Assembly (NCBI RefSeq): GCF_009914755.1
Contig: NC_060933.1
DNA from: the human T2T-CHM13v2.0 reference genome, Homo sapiens
Strand: one strand, 5' to 3'
DNA length: 64,000 nucleotides
The first letter of the stretch is position 1, and every line of letters starts with the position of its first letter. A program made the position numbers and the translations under genes. The notes beneath the pieces were generated by a model. That model ran no database searches. It was not told the DNA's origin and worked only from the letters and a program-made list of their open reading frames with translations. Below are positions 51,747 to 64,000 of this stretch, in pieces.

Positions 51747-51900
51747 TTATTATTAATATGCCTGGAATATGTCCTTCTTCATAGTGAGGAAAGAGGACAA
51801 TTTTGGGAATTAAAACAATATTGTATAACCAAACAAAGACAATCAAACCCATGCAGCACCAACCATGTGGGTCAACAACAAAGTGAATCCGGAGACCCAT
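51747..51900 (-). CDS. ZDHHC21: ZDHHC21 first coding exon (codons 1-52; whole exon 51747-51945 including 45 nt of 5'UTR)
   Basis: ATG at 51900 in context aaaATGg; encodes MGLRIHFVVDPHGWCCMGLIVFVWLYNIVLIPKIVLFPHYEEGHIPGILII. Acceptor ttctccttag| at 51945; donor A|gtaagt at 51747 (phase 1). Confidence 0.97.
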
Positions 51901-52249
51901 TTTGCAATCTTATAACTGCCTGCTAACCCACAAGGAAGGATGATCCTAAGGAGAAGGAACAAAGAAAATAATTACTTACATAGAAAAATTTGACTAAAAC
52001 CTGTATTTCTGGCAACTTTTATAAAATGACATTGAGTTTTCTTTGCATATTTGACATTTTCTTTCTGTAGTTGATATATTTATTGATATTTCTTTGTATA
52101 TATATTTTTACAATAAATACTTGGGAAAACAAACAAAAGTTTCAGGATATTCAAATTTTATCATAAGCTTCAAATAATTTCAATGTTTCACTATGAACTG
52201 CTATCACAGGTATAAACTGGAATCATCTACTGAATTTAAAACACAAGTT

Positions 52250-52560
52250 TGTCCTTAACCCAGCAACTTCCTGTGTAAACCCAAAAGAAATGAATACACG
52301 TGTCCACCAAAAGATTATGTACAAAAATTTTTAGTAGCTTTAATCAGAAGACTGATGGGTCACACAAGTCAAAACAGTGGTTACCTTGTGGTTGCAGGGG
52401 TGTATATTAACTGAAAAGGAACATGAGAGAACGAGGGGTTGGGAAACGTTCCATATCTTGACCTGGGTGGTACTTTATGTGTATCTACATATGTAAACAT
52501 TCACTGAGCTGTATACTTCAGATTTGTGCACTCTAGTTTAATTTTAAACTACAATAAAAC
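52250..52560 (+). mobile_element. Old L1 (L1MC/ME-type) 3' fragment
   Basis: cccagcaacttcc...gtccaccaaaaga; tatcttgacctgggtgg; cttcagatttgtgcact. Confidence 0.6.
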
Positions 52561-52912
52561 ATTTTTTAAGTATTTTGAAAAATGACAATAAAAAGTGAAA
52601 ACTAATTACAAATTGCCAAAAATACTAAAATTCATAGAATGAAGCCCAACAAATCTCATTATGATCAACTGAAGAAGACTCCTGTTTAAATGAGGCTTTT
52701 TTTAGTTGAGTGTTAACAATATGCCAACAGATCTCTCAATGAGACACTTAAGGACTTAAAATACTTCTATATAAATATGGTACCAAAAAAGTGACTAAAA
52801 ATACATCCATACTTTGGTAGATATAACTTCCAAGGATGAAATAATAAATTGCTGTATAAAGTCTAGGGGGTACCTTTTACGTAAAATACAATGGTATAAT
52901 AATAAACTAGGA

Positions 52913-53095
52913 CAACGGTTCTCTAGCCTGTAAGAAAACCAAAAACACCTGGGGAGCTTTTTAAAAATACATATTCCCAGACCCCATTCTACATCTACTG
53001 AATCATAATTCTTCATAAAACTCAAAAAACAATAAAATGTTGTAAAATGCTCTGCAAGAGTCTGAAAACAGCTGACTGGTGTCTAGGAACCACTG
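52913..53095. mobile_element. MER5-type hAT-Charlie MITE
   Basis: cacctggggagctttttaaaaatac...ctactgaatca...gaaccactg. Confidence 0.65.
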
Positions 53096-53144
53096 ACCCA
53101 TGAGCTTCACTAACACTTCAATGTTACCACAATGAGTTGAACTC

Positions 53145-53860
53145 ACTTAGTTCAACAAATATTCACTGAGCCTCCACTACACACCTATCACTTGCTAGAC
53201 ACTGCAGATACAATGATGAAGAAGACATGGTCTTTGCTTAAAGGAACAGTCTAATGGGAAAAAGAATCAGAAAAAAGATTTAATATAATATGGTAAGTTC
53301 CAGATTTGAAAACAAAATGTTAGTAGGGGCACAGAAGATGGGACCAGTTAAACGAGGAATCAAGTAAGACTTACTGTAAGAAGTGAAACCTGAATTCAGT
53401 CTTAGAAGGTTAGTAAAAGTTATCTAAGCAATGAAAAGTGACAAGAATACTGCAAACAGAAGGAATAGGAGGAACAAGAGTAGAAACTGTGGGAGGTATT
53501 ACAACCTGCCATCACAAATCATAAAGCTTTCTGTGGAGAGTGAGTGCTAAGAAATATGGGCCTATATCATGAAGGACATAAAGATGCCATGTTAGAATGC
53601 TAAGACTGAATTCTTCGGCAATGGAAAGCTATTGAAGCAGGGGATTAACATGACGAAATGTGTACCGTGAATAAATTACTGAAGCTCTGGTGTGAATGAT
53701 AAAATTAAAGACAGAGGTCCATTAGGCTAAGAGAAAGCAAAAGCCAAAATTAGGTTTGCAGAAAGGAGCAACTGCTAGAATCGAACCAGTGTGTTTTTCT
53801 GGTTGATTAGATATTAGGGGTTACAGGGGAAAGTGTCAAGGGTGATTCCCAGATTTTCAG
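53145..53860 (-). mobile_element. L2 fragment
   Basis: ttcaacaaatattcactgagc...gacatggtctttgc...gtcaagggtgattcccagatttt. Confidence 0.68.
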
Positions 53861-55779
53861 CCTATATCCCAGTCTACTTCATTCTAAGAACAAATTCATA
53901 ATCAATTGAAAAGCCTCAGGGCACCATCCCTTAGAGGCCTTGCCCATGTTCTTCAAAGCTATAAAGCTACTGAAACAAAGAAAAAGAGATTAAGGAATAC
54001 TTGATTTTAAAGGAATACCCCCAGTTTCTCATCCCTAGATCCTGCAAATATTGGGGCAGCAGAAAAAAAACAAAAAACAAAACAAAAAAAGAACTCAAAT
54101 GTAATACCACTTAATAGTTTAAATCAGGTATGTTCTAACTTGTGTATGAATTCTAAAACAGAAATAGTGCCCAGGCCACTAAACTAATAAAAGTTTCATT
54201 TATTTATCTTTTAATTTAAAAATCAAAAGACAGATTGGTATCATTAAAATGAAGAAAGTCAGACAGGATAAAGCATGCTATTTAATTTGCTAAGAATCAT
54301 TTTAATAAAGGAATCTCAAATACAAATGGTAAGCTATCTACACAGTTAAAAAGAGAAACATTCAAGACAATGTTAATTTTTTAGTCTTGCCAATTATCAA
54401 GTGCTAAAAGAAATGACAAGTGCTCTCTCAACATGTTCAATATTATTAATTTTATGTACCTTTCTTTCTTTAATTTTTCAGTTCTATTCAGGACTAAAAA
54501 CAGAACATGAATTTCACTAAGTATATATGAGAGTAGCTTAAATTTATTAACATTAGAAGCAGAAAAGTACATGAGCCAGCAAAACGACTGGCAAAATTAT
54601 CAAATATTAATTTTTGAACTCTATTTTTATTCTCCTCTACTAGAGAACAAATTTTTCTTCATCACTGGAAGAGATCTCTCACAGCAACAAAAAATTACAT
54701 AGTGAAAAGTATAGTTTAAAATATGTCCATTTTTCCTGGATGTAAACATACATAGATGACACTCTCTAAAAGAGCAAGCATCCCTAAGGAAAAGTGAGCA
54801 CAGGATAGAAAAATAAAACAACAAACAAATAAGATGTTGAATATATATTTTTTTAATACCTGATTGGTAAAACTTAGCTCCACATAATCCTCTCAATTGG
54901 GTCGTAGAACACAAAACAGTGATCTTCCAAGTGCTCCAAATCAGACGACAAACCACAAATGCATAACTGGAAGAGGTGCAAGATCTCTCCACTCAATTAA
55001 TATCTACCAGGCGTGGCTTATGGCTGAAGAGAAACTATTACACATCCTGAGCAACAACCAAACTGAACACAATGCTGTTACTCGGTCTTAAGGACAGCAT
55101 TTATAAAATACTTTCATTAGCTGGAGATTCTGACATACTAATTTGTATATTAAATGGTGAGCTCTTAACTCAAAACTCTGATTAAGTAACTAGTGGATAT
55201 ACTGGTACTTCAACATTTTTTAAGATTGCTATCTGGTAACTATAGTTGACTACAGTGACTAAATGATGTAAATTACTACAGCACAAACTTTAAAAACAAT
55301 TATAATTTAACTCTAATAAACCAGACTGAGTAAATATTTATAATGTTCAACTTACTCCAAAGGAATACCACTATTTTTTGCCTTTTCAGGCAACTGTATT
55401 TCACCATATATTCTCCTCAAGAAGAATATTCAAGTCACCATGAAAATGACAGAAAACTATAACATCAAGATGTAGATTTTAGAAAAGCATAAAGATTAGC
55501 CAAAATAATTACCAAGAAATCTATCCGAACACGTATGTCTATGCTTACAGTTTTACGTGATTCTTCACCTTAGCCTAAGCGGTCCTGTTTACCACTGTTC
55601 GACGATATTCCATCCATGCCTCCTGTCTGAAATGTGCCTACCATTCTGCTTACTCATCTAAATTCAACTCAGACTTCAAGGCCAATTTGAATCTCACTCT
55701 CCATTTGAAATTTTTCCTGGCACTTCAGTTCACAATGATTTATCTTTTTCTTCTAAATTTCATTAAAAGGAAAACTATT

Positions 55780-56960
55780 AGAATAGCAAGTGGTTTTATA
55801 TTCTTGGAATAAGGAAGGCCTTCACAATGAAGACCAATCAACCATGTCTGACCACATAAAAATTAACACATCTGAAGCCCAAAACACATGAAAAGCAAAG
55901 TTAAAAGACAAAGCATTCCTGGAAAAAATACTGCAACACATGACCGACAAGAGGCATACAACATAAATATATAAAGAAGCAATTCACAAAGGGAAAAAAA
56001 TCCAATGGCTAATCATTACTGATTAGGAATTAACAAGGTACATTTTTCATCTACTGTATTGAAAAACTTTTAGAAAGATGATATCCAATGTTAAGAGGGC
56101 ACAGAAAAAAAAGGACACTCTCATACATTATTGGTGGGCATGTAAGCTGATACAATCATCCTGGGAGGGCAATTTGGCAGTATGTATCAAAAGGTAAAAC
56201 TCTTTTACACAGCAGTTTTATTTTTAGTATTACCTAAAAAGTACTCCTGAGACTGTATATATACAGACAAGGATGTACAAGGATACAGCACTTTCTGTAA
56301 TCACAAAAATATGGCACAATCTAAATGTCCATGTAGAGAAAAGGGAATGATCAAATAAATTCTAATACACCCATAGTGTAGACTATTTCCAAGCTATTGC
56401 AATTTTTTTTAAGGCAGAAAAGAAGGCAGATTTAGATCTGCATATAACTACCCACAACATACTGCTGAGTGAATAAAGCAAGTGATATAGGCAAAATCCA
56501 TTAGGAGTGGAGAGGGAACAGACCGTAACCGGTTTTTCTGGAAAGAGACAGGGATAGAGACAGACCAGGAAGAGGCATGAGGGAACTCTCTGTGGTGCTA
56601 ACAAGCATGTTTCTATTGATAATGGAGTCTGAGTTACAAAGATGAATTTATCAAAACTCAGCATATGTACACTTAAGATTGTTGCATGTCATGGTACGTA
56701 AATTTACCTTTAAGAATCTGTAAACCAATACAGAGATCTAGTTAGCAATATGTATACTGAATTATGTAGAGAGGAAGCATACTGACATCTGCAATTTACT
56801 TTGAAATGAATCCCCCATATTAATAACATAGTGGACAGAAAGACAGATGAGTATGTGCTGAAATTTGTTAAAATGTTAGGTAAGAATCTAAGTCATAGGT
56901 ATTCCGATGTTAAACAAAATTCTTCCAATGCTTCTGTTTGAAATTTTTCAAAATTAAGTG
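55780..56960 (+). mobile_element. Ancient L1 (L1ME/MC-type) 3' fragments
   Basis: ggacactctcatacattattggtggg...ggcaatttggcagtatgtatcaaa; atttatcaaaactcagc...acacttaagat. Confidence 0.62.
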
Positions 56961-57594
56961 TTCGGGAAGCAACTTATAGAATAGTTTATATAACATTTTT
57001 GTTAGAAAAAATATGCAGGTATGTGCATAAGTAATTTCTGCACAAGTGCAGGAAGAAAAGACTGCAAGAAAACAGACCAGCCAAACTGTTCTCAATGGGC
57101 TGAAAGAGAAAGGAGTAGTGAAAAGGAAGGCTTTCAAATATTTATGTGTTCTTCTAAGTTTATCAACAACCATGTACTTCTAAATTCTTTTCAATTAACT
57201 TAAAAATAAAGATAACCTAAGAGACACTAAACTTACAAACTAACTGTTTAATTTAGGCCTCTTTGTCACTATATATTATCCTTATAGTAAATGCTTTTAA
57301 AATTAATATTTTTAAAAATGAAGTACAGAAGGATTCGCTGTAAAGCCATATAAGACTTACGATTCAGAAAGATGTTTCTGAAACTCATATTATTTACAGA
57401 TTATTTTTCTCTATAGAAAAAGTCTTATTTAAGAAAACAGGTTTGGTTAAAATTTAGTATAAAAACTTTTAAATAAACATAAAGTAACTACATTTGCTAA
57501 CTGACAATTAAGTGCATCTAAGCATAAGACTCCAAGGATACTATGGCCCATAATTCCAAAATATATCACCATGTAAAATCAAAAGCAAACTTAC

Positions 57595-57724
57595 CACTTG
57601 CAAATTCACTGAGATGTGCTGTAATTTTTCTGGAATCTGCATTTAGAGATTTTCTTTTGATTCATTTTTTTTAATTATATCCCACCAAATGGATCTCTCT
57701 TCAATAACAGTTCTCCATGAGAAC
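57595..57724 (-). other. ZDHHC21: 5'UTR exon (130 nt) of ZDHHC21 carrying three upstream ATGs
   Basis: On the minus strand: acceptor gaatag|GTTCTC at 57724 and strong donor GTG|gtaagt at 57595; non-repeat sequence upstream of the first coding exon. The polypyrimidine tract is weak. Confidence 0.75.
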
Positions 57725-57940
57725 CTATTCATGGTTTAACAAACAATGATTTCTCACAAAGAAAAAAACGATAAGCAACTAAATATTCTAACTGTGGAAA
57801 TGCCAATTACAAACATCTTAAATTTAGAAATAACAAAAAAGAAATTCAACTCCATTTGATTCTGTGCTTTCATATCCCACCCATCCCCTCAGAATTTGCA
57901 TTTGATTACAATTATATCTGAGAGTCTTTTAAAACCACCC

Positions 57941-57996
57941 ACTTCCCATAAAATCAAATAAGCATTATACTTCCCATAAAATCAAATAAGCATTAT
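57941..57996. repeat. 28-bp perfect tandem duplication (acttcccataaaatcaaataagcattat x2)
   Basis: Exact copies at 57941-57968 and 57969-57996. Confidence 0.95.
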
Positions 57997-58791
57997 ATGT
58001 CCAGTATTTGGACTTCATCACACACTTCCTTGACCACAAATCACAAAATAACGATAGATTCTGGTAGAAGAATCTAATCACAGTTCATAAACAGCTTAAA
58101 ATGGAAGTTTTAATTTAAAATGCTTTAAGAAAGTTAATCCTCCTGTAATGAAGCCATTAAGAGAGTCAAACATAAGTCAGTTTCTACAATTCAAGCTTAA
58201 AAAAACATACTGTAAAGTACTGTATATAACATATACTAATTCACTATTTTATTAATTCAATCAACACTTAACTACTATACACTATACATACTATGCTTTA
58301 ACACAGGGTATAGATGAAAAAGAGAGGCTCTATCTTCAATGGAGGCAGACTAGCAAACAGACAAGACCAGTAAGACAAGTTAAGACAGAGAGCAAGGGGA
58401 CAAAACTGTTATCTCATATGGTAAGGATACTGGTTCATAGGTTGTGTTACAAAATGTATTTCTTATGGTAAATAGCCATCAGGAAAAGATTCCTGAAGAC
58501 AACAAACCCTGTGAGGTAGCTAGATGAAGAAGGCAGACTCTTCAGACCAAGACAACAGAATAAGCAAAGGCATAAAGGCAGGCAGAGAAAATCTGAGTAA
58601 ACTGAAATAACAAGAATCACTGCATACAGAATGGGGTAAGATGTTCATCCTTTTGACCACAACCAACTCTAATAAATTTTATAACATTACTAGTACGCAC
58701 AGATATATATGAATAACTAAAAAAGTTTAAGGAAGTGATATTTACCCTTACTACATATGACACGTGATGATATTGCTATTCTATTTTACTC

Positions 58792-58942
58792 TTTTTTATT
58801 TTTTCAGACTCGGTCTCACTATGTTGCCCAGACTGGAGTGCAGTGGCTATTCCCAGGTGCGATCCTAGCACACTGGGCTCAAGCAATCCTCCTGCCTCAG
58901 CCTCCTGAGTCACTGGCACTACAGCTGGGTACCACTGCAACC
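58792..58942 (-). mobile_element. FAM (fossil Alu monomer, 7SL-like)
   Basis: Monomeric; retains the 7SL-like segment cagtggctattcccaggtgcgatc that dimeric Alu right arms lack. Confidence 0.75.
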
Positions 58943-59291
58943 TATTTATTTTACTTTAATAAAAATGTACAATGCTGGTCATAGCCTACTAAACCAATTT
59001 CATGACCCACAGGCAGATCCTCAGATTGAAAATCACTGTTAAACCATGCCAGTGAGTTTGGATTTCACCTGGAACACAGTGGAAAACCACTGAGGGATTT
59101 TAGGCAGTAAAATGCCATGATCAAATTTGCATTTTAGGAGGAAAAGACACAATCTGAGGGCTGAATTTTGGTGGACTGATAAAGCACTGACATTGACTAC
59201 ATGCAACTAGGTAGGTTGACTGTTAACCCCGTGAGAAATGATGAGGGCACATGGAGTAAGCACCCCAAAAATGGTAACTTATAAGGGGAAT

Positions 59292-59292
<1 letters not shown>

Positions 59293-59328
<36 letters not shown>
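59293..59328. repeat. (GT)18 microsatellite
   Basis: Uninterrupted run. Confidence 0.97.
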
Positions 59329-59330
<2 letters not shown>

Positions 59331-59383
59331 GTGGGTGGGGTAGTGACACTTAAGACAGGAGGCATACTAAAAATGGGCAGATC

Positions 59384-63822
<4,439 letters not shown>

Positions 63823-64000
63823 AGAAGGGGCAGATCTGGGAGAATTTAAATAAATAAAACTGACAGGACTTAGTGATCAGTTGGGAGCAAAGGGCAGACT
63901 AGGATGGCTCCCAAGTTTCACACTTAGGCTCTAGGTGAAGGGTGGAACCATTCTCCAAGACAGGGAACAAAGGCCAAGTTACAAGTGTGTTAAGTGTGCT

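Overview
Primate (most likely human) genomic DNA lying inside the minus-strand gene ZDHHC21 (DHHC palmitoyltransferase). I reconstructed by hand one 130-nt 5'UTR exon and five coding exons, all with GT-AG boundaries and matching phases (154+99+112+139+117 = 621 nt, codons 1-207, including the DHHC motif). The promoter/first exons and the last coding exons lie outside the window. The rest is intron packed with transposable elements: a full-length young L1 (L1PA2-like; ORF1 intact, ORF2 broken by one extra base), a 5'-truncated L1PA5/6-like element, a 5'-intact old L1MA, a full-length Tigger1, six Alus plus a FAM monomer, MER DNA transposons, an MLT1 LTR, and L2/MIR fragments. Almost all ORFs in the supplied track are TE-derived or chance. 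I see no evidence of a wholly new biological system. The best leads are: (1) the antisense L1, whose antisense promoter and ORF0 donor are phase-matched to the DHHC exon; (2) an AluYe5-like insertion at a splice donor that forms an inverted Alu pair around a frameshifting exon; (3) a three-uORF 5' leader; (4) a candidate 25-nt microexon. Repeat subfamily names come from recalled consensus features, not a database search.
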